Assembly (NCBI GenBank): GCA_002633005.1
Contig: NMRA01000388.1
Location: forward strand, 1-64,000
Reading direction: 5' to 3'
DNA from: Phoronis australis
Taxonomy: Eukaryota > Animalia > Phoronida
DNA: 64,000 bases
Below the pieces are notes generated by a model that saw only the letters and a list, made by a program, of their open reading frames with translations, was not told where the DNA came from and did not search any database. Below, one piece after another: positions 55,201 through 64,000 of this stretch. The first letter of the stretch is position 1. Every line of letters starts with the position of its first letter. The position numbers and the translations under genes were made by a program.

Positions 55201-58200
55201 TACTTGTTCCGACAGTAATTGTGCAGATAGGCTGAAACAACGAAAGGTGTTCGTGACATGGACGAAAAGGAAATCTGGGTCATGTAGTTAACATTTAAGA
55301 GCACAGTGGTAAATGATAACAATAATAAATAATTATAATAATCTTGAAAAATGATAAGGTGCTTGCTTTGGTGAAACCACATAACACGTACGAACGCACA
55401 AGTTTGCAAAATTTACAAAAACTCTGTAATGCATTGCACGTAAGAATGTTACCAATTAACAAAATCACAAACTATTATTTTTCTGCAGAACTATATTATT
55501 TGTAGTTTCTTGTCATCTCCTTGAAGTCCTATACTTACATTCCACGCAAGTCTTTCCATCATTTTCCAGCTGAAATTTGGGGTTACAAGTGCACTCGTGG
55601 TAGCCAGGATAATTGACGCAACCATGACTGCATCCACCATTGCTAATGGCACATTCGTTAATATCTGAAAATATTGTATGTGTGGAAGAAATTAAAGTGT
55701 CTTTTCATATTTTTGAAGTTGAGAAGTACACAAATTTGACCAACTTATTGGTCTATCAAATTCTAGTAACAGAAATCTGATGGTTACAGAATTTTCAAGC
55801 AATGATTTCTATGGTTTCAACAGATTAAAAATGGTAAAACTTCAAATCTGAAAGACCAAAATTCCAGACAAGACTCTACAGAACTCGTACACAAATCAAA
55901 AAACACAGTCTGGCACTTTGGAAATTATGTTCTATGAGAGACTGCCTGCTCTTAAAGTACCTATCCTGGAAAATAAAAAATGCAGACATGCTTCTAATTT
56001 TCAATAATACAGCTGCAATCATGTCTCAATTAACTTTACTGTGAAGGTAACAGTTTTAAGCTTATGTATCACCTTATCAACAGGACGACGAAGCCCCTGC
56101 ATTCAGCCAAATATATACAAAACTATTGACATTTAAATTTGTAAAGTCTATATTTACTGAATGTAGAGAGCCTGTGAAATTTGATATTTGGCTTGATATC
56201 AATCTGCCATTGACTGGTCACATGGCCATTTCTTTTTAGTAAAATTTAGTAACAAATAAAGGCACATTCATAGCAAGACAATAGCTTCAATAACAGAACC
56301 AAATTAAGTTTGATATACATGGTCAAGATGAAACCTCAAAAACACTGTTAGCGTAGTTTTCTAAATCACGTTACTTTGTTTTTAGCAAGTTTAATATTTT
56401 TTTCATAAAAGTCCTATATTTCGTAGCCTCTTTTGCAAAATTTAATCATTTCAAAAACAATTCCCAACAGAACAAAGAATAGTATCTGCAAGTTTCATTT
56501 GAATCCAATCCTGAGACATTTTCTGAGATGAGATGTTCCAAAGTTAGTCAAATGTAGGCATTTTAAGGGTCCTAAATAATTTTAAGTTTCACACAATCCA
56601 GCCAAAATTTTGCACAAAATGTGATACATGAGTTAACATAGGCACCACTTACCTATGCAGTTGAAGCCATCTGGTGCCAGCTTAAAACCAGGGTGACAAG
56701 CACAGGAATAATTGCCAATGGTGTTTGTGCACATCTGTACACAATCTCCATTCCTGTAGGAACATTCGTTGTAATCTGAAAATTTATAGCCTCCATAAAT
56801 ATTTTACAATTGCAATTCCGTGAAGTGATAATCTGACAAGCTCAGCAAGTATCCCCCAGTGTACTTGAGAACGTTGTTTTTTTTCTTTTTCTCTTGCTTG
56901 AACAAAAAACTAGGAATGTCTCATGTGCTCATTGACGACTAATATCCCCCTTTAAGACCCAAAATCAAGCGCACAGGGCCTACTGAGGCAGAGAAACACA
57001 ATTGGGCCCTTCCAGTTTTTGCTGAATACTTCCGGCTTCCATCTGTTTACTTTACGCTGATGGATTTTGAATACATGCTCGGATGAGGCAAGGTGACTTC
57101 GTGGTGATCTGCGATTTTTACAAGGTCACCGAACAAGAGCAAGCAATAGCTGTTCACATTAAGTCTCTAAAATCGCCTTTTATTTTCAATTGTTTTCTAT
57201 TCTGCAGCATTCCCTTGTTATATTTAGACTGCCTGAGCCAATGCATGACAGTAGTTTTTGTTAGCTTTATTTGGTTGGCTAGGAAAGATGAAATAGGTTT
57301 CGTTAGCAAGGAATCTCCATTGCAATTGCCCGGGTTTTGTCGCCTTTGGCTCAAAGTTGCAACAATGCAAACTACATATTCTTGGGCTATTTAGCCTCGC
57401 TTACGTCACTTGTCAAGAAACACAACCATCAGTTGTATGTTACTTCTCAAGAGGTATGCACCATGAAATATTCTCATTGTCTCCTGGTTTGTTAATATTA
57501 TGTCACTTGGAACTATGCTAATTCTAACGATAAACATGACTGTCTTAACAATTAAGACATAGAAAGATAAAACTGCGGATGAATCACAAATCGAATCATG
57601 CTTTCAACTCTCAAATAATTTCAGTTAGAGAACTCATCTGACACTATTCTGAGATTTTCACCGCAAGTCAACTACATCACAAGAATTACAAGTAATTTAC
57701 TTTAGACTCCTAACTTAGAACTTGAAATCTTAGTTCTCTGAAAGGTAACACCCTTAAAGAAGCATTTTCACATTCTCAAAACCATGGCAACTACATAACG
57801 TACCTCAGTTAAGAGCACAATTAAGCACACCATACATTAGCGAAATTTTGCCGTCTCATTCTTTCAATGCACCAAACATTAAACTGGAATACTTATCATA
57901 TTCAGGCTCTGTGCACCATGACTGCCACTAAACAATATTCTGAAAGACTATGTGGACATTCAAAATAAAATTAGTCTTTGACAAATGAAAAAGGTCAACT
58001 TTATTTTGACCGAAATTGGTAACATGTTACCATATCATCAGAAGGGTTCATGGTAGTGAGTTGGTTCAGTGTTTTTTGACACTTAAATTTTGTGATGATA
58101 TAGTGCCAAATCATACAAATGATAATTGATAATAAAAATAATTAAATAGAAGATCATGGATTTGGATAAATAAGTCTAGTTTTAGAGATACTAGGCAACT

Positions 58201-59881
58201 GGACAGTTAAATGCAGAAATGCGCAGCACGGAAAAAAACAAGTAAAAACTGCAGAGCGTATATAAGTTGATGCAACAGACAAATCTTCAAAATAGAAACT
58301 GCTCAAGTGTTGTACCATACAGGTTCTTCAAAAGCTTGTTCCAACGACTGCTTTTCATCCCATGCACCAAAAACATGAAACTCTCACATCAATCAAAAAT
58401 GTATTAGTGCTCAAACAATTGTGAGAAAACTGGCTTAAACTAAATACCAAGTGACATCATTAGATTTTGTGTTGGGTTCAGCGATCAAGCCAGTAAATAA
58501 TGGCAAACATATGGTTTGGCAAGACAGCCACCTCTGTGCTCCACTTCACCCCTATCATTTCATTACCACCAATCTATTTTTCATTCAAAAATATAATGTA
58601 ATTTCACACGTGTGTTAAGATCATGACCTCAAGCGTCTGAGACAGGTGAATCGGACAACATTCTAGTCAATGCAATCAAATACAAGGAGACTAGTCAAGG
58701 AATCAGCAATAAGGCAATCTGAAAGTTATTCCCTGGGAGACAACAGAAAATACAATTCTTTCGCTGCAGTCTTGAAGCACACAGCCTTCAAATGTTTTAA
58801 AAAATGTTTTAAGCACAAGCTTATGCCAAATTCCAGGTTATGATTATGTTGGCAGTCTAGGAAGTGGCACAGTTGGCAAAATACAATTGTGGAAGGAGAA
58901 ATGACTTTTCTACATGTAAAGAGTATTCTGTTCATGTTCATAGACCATCGTGGGTAAATATCAGGGAATATAGAAAGGTAATCGTGGTATTTTGGGATGT
59001 GGCATTTATACTAGGTTCACATAAGCATAGGCATATCTGGCATATGATATAACTTTGCCCGAATATACCTAGTAGTTAACAATTTCACCACCACCCCTTC
59101 CCCAGGTTGCCATCAATTCTACGCCCCTGGTCATGACCAATTCCCCCAGTCATCATCACCAATTTTTACTTCCCAATAAGGGACACTGGTCAGATATAGC
59201 AGTCCCTGATTGCGAGAACCGGTTTCATCCACTAAGTAATGGGCCCGTTATTCAGTGATAGCCTGGTTCTCTGAATCAGGGACCGCTAAATTCGACCAGT
59301 GCCCCAATAGGGCCCCCCAGTCATCACCAGCGAACATGCTAACAAAACACTAACATTTTAGCCAGTTTATGAATAAGGTGTAACTCCCCTCAGTGTCCCA
59401 CTCCCACTGAGACAGATCTACGTTAAATGAATTACCTGAATAACTGTGATGTCCTTAGGCAGATTGGGCTACACAGACCCACGAAATTATACGAGATTTC
59501 AAGCCCACAAATTTGATTGCATGTAATCAATGAAAATACAAAAAGAAAATAACACCTTGAATCACAATGTCAGTACCCACGAGACATGTAAAATTTGGTC
59601 AATGGTGTCACTTTTACCTTTTGTTCAGTCATTTTTAAGTAATGAACTTTGAATTTTACGTTTACAATAAATACGACTACGTCTACGAGTGTAGTCGCGG
59701 ACGGGCGAATCGTCAAATTCATGTTCGCTTTCAGTTCACGTTACTCAACACAAATTCTTACCTTCACATTTGTATCCATTGCCATAGAACCCGTTTTTAC
59801 ATTTACACCTATATGATCTTCTTGTGTTAATGCACTGCGCGTTCTTATCACAGTTATGTCTTCCCAGTGCACATTCGTCAA
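19568..59881 (-). CDS. SCUBE: Signal peptide, CUB and EGF-like domain-containing protein (SCUBE family), spliced, ~958 aa visible; 5' signal-peptide exon not located
   Basis: 20 phase-compatible GT-AG internal exons plus a last exon give the canonical SCUBE order: 9 EGF, spacer, 3 Cys-rich repeats, CUB, C-tail. Diagnostic segments: [68 protein letters not shown]. Confidence 0.95.
20534..21058. mobile_element. TA-flanked MITE (Tc1/mariner-type target), copy 1
   Basis: TA|CGGTGTTTTCCCG ... CGGGAGAACACCG|TA terminal inverted repeats; a diverged full-length copy lies at 27254-27774. Confidence 0.8.
20804..21624. repeat. Near-identical ~410-bp tandem duplication split by a single N (probable assembly overlap)
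   Basis: 20804-21214 is repeated at 21216-21624 with only a few differences; N at 21215. Confidence 0.85.
24882..25025 (-). CDS. SCUBE: SCUBE alternative last exon T2 (not in the ORF track)
   Basis: ctgttacag|[47 protein letters not shown]. Confidence 0.8.
   Translation of the reverse strand, partial: DRTLLAKLLDVTASPIKYFTYLNESEQLGSSFIGLISPKVNKFFEKN
25677..25820 (-). CDS. SCUBE: SCUBE alternative last exon T1
   Basis: ttgttacag|[47 protein letters not shown]. Confidence 0.8.
   Translation of the reverse strand, partial: DQGLLAKLLEVTGSPVKYFKYMNDSLQLGPSFLDLIESKLSSVLNMH
26362..26441 (-). CDS. SCUBE: SCUBE penultimate exon
   Basis: [27 protein letters not shown]|gtaagc, ends in phase 0. Confidence 0.93.
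26948..27100 (-). CDS. SCUBE: SCUBE CUB domain exon 2
   Basis: [51 protein letters not shown]; the acceptor is the less common AAG. Confidence 0.9.
27254..27774. mobile_element. TA-flanked MITE, copy 2 (inside the CUB-domain intron)
   Basis: Colinear with 20534-21058 over its whole length; termini cagcgttttccc / ggtaaaatgctg. Confidence 0.8.
28043..28240 (-). CDS. SCUBE: SCUBE CUB domain exon 1
   Basis: [66 protein letters not shown]. Confidence 0.94.
28433..28594 (-). CDS. SCUBE: SCUBE Cys-rich repeat 3 exon
   Basis: [54 protein letters not shown]. Confidence 0.92.
29195..29362 (-). CDS. SCUBE: SCUBE Cys-rich repeat 2 exon
   Basis: [56 protein letters not shown]. Confidence 0.92.
31472..31633 (-). 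CDS. SCUBE: SCUBE Cys-rich repeat 1 exon
   Basis: [54 protein letters not shown]. Confidence 0.92.
32006..32109 (-). CDS. SCUBE: SCUBE spacer exon e
   Basis: [34 protein letters not shown], phase 2-1, restores frame. Confidence 0.85.
32639..32741 (-). CDS. SCUBE: SCUBE spacer exon d (basic helix)
   Basis: [35 protein letters not shown], phase 1-2. Confidence 0.9.
33823..33990. repeat. Minisatellite, 53-bp unit, ~3 copies
   Basis: caccaaattctacagtcttctactctcagaaagtacatgctttgctgaatcaa at 33823, 33876, 33929. Confidence 0.9.
34103..34270 (-). CDS. SCUBE: SCUBE spacer exon c
   Basis: [56 protein letters not shown]. Confidence 0.85.
35094..35228 (-). CDS. SCUBE: SCUBE spacer exon b
   Basis: [45 protein letters not shown]. 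Confidence 0.78.
35619..35837 (-). CDS. SCUBE: SCUBE spacer exon a
   Basis: [72 protein letters not shown], phase 1-1. Confidence 0.82.
36129..36251 (-). CDS. SCUBE: SCUBE EGF9 exon
   Basis: [41 protein letters not shown]. Confidence 0.92.
36569..37835 (-). mobile_element. HINE/DINE-1-like element, copy 3, with expanded internal array
   Basis: Reverse complement of the copy 1/2 termini; ~8 internal units each with a CCACTAGRNGGC-like core. Confidence 0.8.
38676..38792 (-). CDS. SCUBE: SCUBE EGF8 exon
   Basis: [39 protein letters not shown]. Confidence 0.93.
39295..40950 (-). mobile_element. HINE/DINE-1-like element, copy 4, with the longest internal array
   Basis: AACAAGAGCAATGCGGAGCATTG...TGCGCCCAC at one end and ATATGTGGGCGCATAAAAA at the other; ~10 internal units. 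Confidence 0.8.
41790..42990 (-). mobile_element. Decayed, 5'-truncated Penelope-like retroelement (RT plus GIY-YIG endonuclease), pseudogenised
   Basis: RT motifs [20 protein letters not shown], (V)[53 protein letters not shown], followed by GIY-YIG-like [27 protein letters not shown]; stops and frameshifts present. Confidence 0.88.
43240..43290. repeat. (GCAC)n / (CA)n microsatellite
   Basis: cacgcacgcacg... run. Confidence 0.9.
44151..48471. mobile_element. 4.3-kb non-autonomous DNA transposon with perfect 25-bp TIRs and TA target duplication (Tc1/mariner-pogo-like)
   Basis: TA|CGGTAAAGTCGCGTGATTTTCGGAC ... GTCCGAAAATCACGCGACTTTACCG|TA; subterminal (A/T)TTCGGACA repeats at both ends; CpG-rich interior; no transposase ORF recognised. 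Confidence 0.88.
46014..46280. mobile_element. Nested pogo/Tigger-like MITE inside the 4.3-kb element
   Basis: Inverted ends GATTTCCGTATATAAGT / ACTTATATACGGAAATC(TACGG). Confidence 0.65.
49102..49218 (-). CDS. SCUBE: SCUBE EGF7 exon
   Basis: [39 protein letters not shown]. Confidence 0.92.
50298..50551. mobile_element. MITE with GGGCCC-type inverted ends (PIF/Harbinger-like)
   Basis: ctggggcttgttccaagtaactgacttaag ... ctaagtcagttttgttggaacgggccccag; internal cttaag repeats. Confidence 0.65.
52125..52241 (-). CDS. SCUBE: SCUBE EGF6 exon
   Basis: [39 protein letters not shown]. Confidence 0.92.
   Translation of the reverse strand, partial: QRVKSAMAVATAGVLILLKARCVVVHEDTCFITMAKHA
54264..54380 (-). 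CDS. SCUBE: SCUBE EGF5 exon
   Basis: [39 protein letters not shown]. Confidence 0.92.
   Translation of the reverse strand, partial: NRVNMTTVVVTTSAQTQEMALCVPALLITDWILTKRLA
55109..55231 (-). CDS. SCUBE: SCUBE EGF4 exon
   Basis: [41 protein letters not shown]. Confidence 0.9.
55539..55664 (-). CDS. SCUBE: SCUBE EGF3 exon
   Basis: [42 protein letters not shown]. Confidence 0.92.
56653..56775 (-). CDS. SCUBE: SCUBE EGF2 exon
   Basis: [41 protein letters not shown]. Confidence 0.92.
   Translation of the reverse strand: MTTNVPTGMEIVYRCAQTPLAIIPVLVTLVLSWHQMASTA
59179..59305. repeat. Short foldback/palindromic element centred on GGGCCC
   Basis: gggacactggtc..tagcagtccctgatt..gagaacc is inverted as ggttctct..aatcagggaccgcta..gaccagtgcccc. 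Confidence 0.75.
59762..59881 (-). CDS. SCUBE: SCUBE EGF1 exon (Ca-binding type)
   Basis: [39 protein letters not shown], phase 1-1. Confidence 0.9.
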
Positions 59882-62160
59882 CTGAAATGAAAATGGCAGA
59901 TTGATCGTAATTTCAGCTCTCTTTTTTAGAAGAGCTCTATTCTATCCTACAACGAGATTACTTGAAACCGGCTAATTAATTCTCCTTGGTACTGTATTTG
60001 ATACTAATTGATATTGGTTTGTGGCCGATGTTAACATGTTGTGGTCATCATTTGATATTTCCTATCACACGTCTATTCCGGCAAAAGTAATTGCCGCGTT
60101 CAGTTTTTAAATGAATAGCTGTGTACACTACTGCTGGTCACCAAAAGCAAAAGTTGGGAACCAAAAACTTTATTTTAACCTCACTATATAAATTCGCGCT
60201 ACTTCACCGAGGAAGAAGTTACGTCAGACTGTCTGGGGATGCCGATTAAACCTACTGATAATTTGTTCGCGATAATTGTCTCAGTGTAGATTCAATGACT
60301 GGTTCCCTAAGGCGATCATTCTAGCAACTCCTAGGTAAACTACCTACCTGGTATTGATTACATGCGCTAATGGGATGACCTGGCTTAAAGAAGTAAGATT
60401 TTGGGCAAATATTGATAAGCTCGTAATAGTTTCCTGCTACGTTATTGGATCGCTGGTCTCTTGCGTATACTCCTCGGGTAAAAGTGTTGAGCGGAGGCAG
60501 ACTAAATGACGGCATGCCTTGTTAGTTTTGATCGATTTGTGAGATTGACAAAAGAGGCTTTTCCAACGGATAGATATTTTAGTCAAAAGGAGGGGAGTGG
60601 CAGAACAAGTCTGCAGGAGACTTCTTTAACATCCTGAACGTGACGTGTTCGTGCTGTTTGCTTTGAAACACACAAAATATTATCATCAATAAAGACCAAC
60701 ACTATGATATTCAGTTTCGGGATGGAGAATTTTGTGCACAAGGTGGTTTGTCATAGCGACATCAGAAAATACATATAAATGGTGGTCTGTTTAGAAATCG
60801 TGAACAAAAACACTTAAAATATATAAAGTCATTAGCCAAGTGTTCTTCACGTTTTGTTAAGGAGACATTAACGGAGAGAAAATGATTTTCTGAACCAGCT
60901 TCTTCGCCGACGGAATCAAATTAGTGTAATTCACAACTTGACGATCTGCTGACGAGCTACAACCCACATGACGAATGGTAGAGTATTTTAAACCTGGCCG
61001 GCCTTGATTTCAGTGAATGTTCAACAGACAGTGGCGCGAATCAACGATTTGTAATGAAATCACACAAACACAAACGTTTTTGTTGTTCTGTTATAGCTCT
61101 GGTCAAATCTGTTTAAGAAGTCTATTCCACGCAGCAATAACCTCAACATGTCTTTTTTCCGGTCGTACAATCGACAATGTCTCTATACTAAATAAATGAA
61201 AGAATCATTATATCACAAGGGAACATGAATTTCTGTTTAGCTGCTTCAGTACTAAACGGTTACTAAAGTGAAATGAACGTTCAGATTATATTTGACGTCT
61301 GTAGAAAACAGTATAAAGTATTTAGTTTATTTCTGGCGTTCCAAATATTTCCCGCATCAGTTCGAAATCAAGAAACAAATTCAAATTTAATAAGAACCGG
61401 TATCACCAAATATATACAACTGTCAGTCCTACTGGCGTTCCACAGTGAATTCTATACCTCACGGTAGCTCACTCCCCGGATTTGATCTGATCCCAGAAGT
61501 AACAACACATGAAAATACGTACGTACATACATGCTGACACGATTTCAACTGAAGACAACGTAATAAGTTTAAAATTACAAAGAATAGGTAAACACACAAC
61601 CCAGCTAAAACAAGAACTTGTATACCATCAAAAACAACCGTTTGCACTTACGTGTAAATCTTATAGGCGCACCTAGGTGTAAATTACTTGAGTTAAAATA
61701 TCGCACTATTTCAGGTAAGGCGCAAGGACCTAAATACGGAGAATGAGGGGGGGAAGGGGGAAACAGGCAGATAGAGGGGAGGGGAGAGAACGAAGGAGCA
61801 TTTACAATAAATATTCAGTTTGTAGAACACAAAGCAAAACAAGCATTGTCATAAATTTATGCGTCAGAGATGCCCAGAGGTAAACGTTGCTTCAATGTAG
61901 ACCAGAGTTAAAAATACATGTGTGCATTAATTATCGGGTGACTAGCAACAGTGGCGAATGATTGGATTTTCCGCGAAAGTATAGCCTGACATGCCATCAC
62001 AGTTAAGTATTTGTCATCTTAATATCCATGCCTAAAAATTTTTAACTTTTGTGAGCAATCAAAGCAGGTTTTAATTTAAACGCTAGTAGGCCTATATTTT
62101 ATCTCATGTAACCAATCCGTGCTCTGTATTTTAAACAACGAAACGCGCGTTTTATTTCAG

Positions 62161-62263
62161 ACGAACAAATGCAGTGGTAGTCGCAGTAGCGGAAGAAGTA
62201 GCAGTAGCAGGCGCGAGAGCGGCAGCGGTAGCGGCGGCAGCGGCAGCGACAGCTGCAGTAGTA
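62161..62263. repeat. GC-rich degenerate (GCA/GCG/GTA)n low-complexity island
   Basis: gcagtagcggaagaagtagcagtagcaggcgcgagagcggcagcggtagcggcggcagcggcagcgac in AT-rich flanks. Confidence 0.7.
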
Positions 62264-63402
62264 CGTTTTATTTCATATCATGAAAAAATACAATATTGAA
62301 TTAGAGAAGGCCCTGTGAAGGCTAGTCAGGGCCTAGTATGCACTCAGATGGGAAATTCATATAAGAACGTGTTACTTCAGTGACATGTGATGACTCGCGT
62401 CTGAACCCCATTGTCGCCCACGTATTGCCCACACCCTCACGTGCCGGGTATTTTGTTCATGCAGCTGAGAAGCTAGTCTGTTCGATTGAGCACCAATGGC
62501 CTAACAAGTATGTAGCAGTGTCTGCCAACAGGAGCACCTTTAGTGTTAAATTTGTTTGCCTTGCATAGTTGAATGCCAAATTGTTGTTTAATTGTCACTC
62601 AAAATTCTTTTGAATATTTAGCTGTTTTGATTTGGGCAGACGACATGACGTTCTTTCTGGAAGGAGGCAGACGATGATTGTACAAGCATGTGACGCGGTC
62701 ATTACGAATACCGCGCGTGTCCAACAGGGTTGGCTTTGAAGTTTTGGACACAAACTGCAACAAAGGGCATAAATCAGGGAGCAGACGATATTCTAAAAAT
62801 GCCGGATGTTTCAAATTATGACGGAGGGACGATAGGTCATTCACACTGAAATGACTTATGGCTCAAATAGATGGCTACGTGTACCTTTAGACTACCGTTA
62901 GCTAGTCTTGCTCTTATTTTTTCTATAATCATTGCATTGACAGTTTTAGGAGATTACAAGTATTTTTATTAGATTACAATTTATTTTAATTAAAAATTGC
63001 AACTCAAGCGATCGCACTGTACTAATGTTTCAAATAGGAAGAATGCCTTATTTCCTTGTCATAATTAAAGTTAAATACCAGCTCTTGTAATCAAAAGCTT
63101 TGTTATGACTAAATGCCACTAAACACTAAAATTTACTAAGATTGGGGAAATTTGAGCGAAACTAACTATTTTACGGTTTTGTTCTCAATCTGTTGGCATG
63201 GTAACAAAACGAGAGAATTATAATGAAAGGGATAGAAAATTCGGAATTTACATTATACTAAATAGATATCATAATGTAAATTAATGTGTTTTATTAAAAT
63301 AAAGCACATTAATTCAATAACAGAATGATCACAAGGCCGAAGAAAGGGCATAATTTGATTAGTTCTGGTCCTGAGCCCATGCAAAGCACCATCGCTTGCC
63401 TG

Positions 63403-63803
63403 GGCCCGGTCTCTAATCTTTGTACTCGAAACGAACTCGAAACTATTTTTGGCAATTTCTCTGCTCCTTTTGTGCGAACTTAAGATAATTGGTTATCAGA
63501 CTGTGCTCGAATACATTATAGTTTATGCATAGGAATTTCTAGTTCAAGTTTGCCCTTGAAGACCCTTATATTCGTGCTACAAACTCGAGTAAAAACTCGA
63601 AATTTCGAGTTCAAACTCGAACTTATTGCTTTAATATTGGGTTAACAAACTGTGAACTAAGGGCAATAAATTAGCTACGTAAGTTATTGTGTACTTGAGC
63701 ATAGAATAATAGACACTTATCTTGAGTTCGCCCAAAAGTAGAGTAGAAAATGCCAAACCTAATTTCGAGTTCCATTTTGAGTAAAAAGATTGGAGACCGG
63801 GCC
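63403..63803. mobile_element. PIF/Harbinger-like MITE, 401 bp
   Basis: CTG|GGCCCGGTCTCTAATCTTTGTACTC ... GAGTAAAAAGATTGGAGACCGGGCC|CTG; 3-bp CTG TSD; internal aactcgaa repeats. Confidence 0.82.
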
Positions 63804-64000
63804 CTGGTGATCCAACGGTAGCGGTGACAAGTATACACTACACTGTAGTTGTCTTATGATAATCGTGCTAAAAGCATTATACGGACATGCTGGGTTGTGA
63901 TGAGGACATGGTCCCGACCATTGTGTTACGCTGCAAACAATCACGCGTTTTACTGCAATTTCCCTCAGTTCCCAGTCACAGTCTCATCATGATTATTTAG

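Noticed and set aside
60321-60515. ATG-initiated minus-strand ORF as SCUBE exon 1
   Set aside because: No hydrophobic signal peptide, and only a weak donor gives the required phase.

Overview
AT-rich, intron-rich eukaryotic (invertebrate metazoan) genomic DNA. Most ORFs in the supplied track are chance frames or exon fragments, so gene models were rebuilt by hand from GT-AG boundaries and exon phases. (1) At the left edge is a minus-strand first coding exon (160-289) encoding a mitochondrial-presequence-like peptide, probably PDHX. (2) It lies head-to-head with a 7-exon plus-strand APIP/MtnB gene (methylthioribulose-1-phosphate dehydratase, ~751-14218, ~237 aa). (3) Convergent with APIP is a large minus-strand SCUBE gene (9 EGF exons, spacer, 3 Cys-rich repeats, CUB; 59881 down to 19568); its signal-peptide exon was not found. 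The most unusual feature is that SCUBE has THREE intact, homologous, tandemly duplicated last coding exons (25677-25820, 24882-25025, 19568-19708). Each has a phase-0 acceptor and its own stop codon, implying alternative C-terminal tails. The introns carry four Helentron/DINE-1-like (HINE) elements with arrays of CTCF-consensus-like motifs, a decayed Penelope-like retroelement, a 4.3-kb TA-flanked non-autonomous DNA transposon with a nested MITE, several other MITEs and foldbacks (one ~150-bp-arm hairpin in the probable APIP 3' UTR) and minisatellites. Three single-N joins are present (6638, 12211, 21215).
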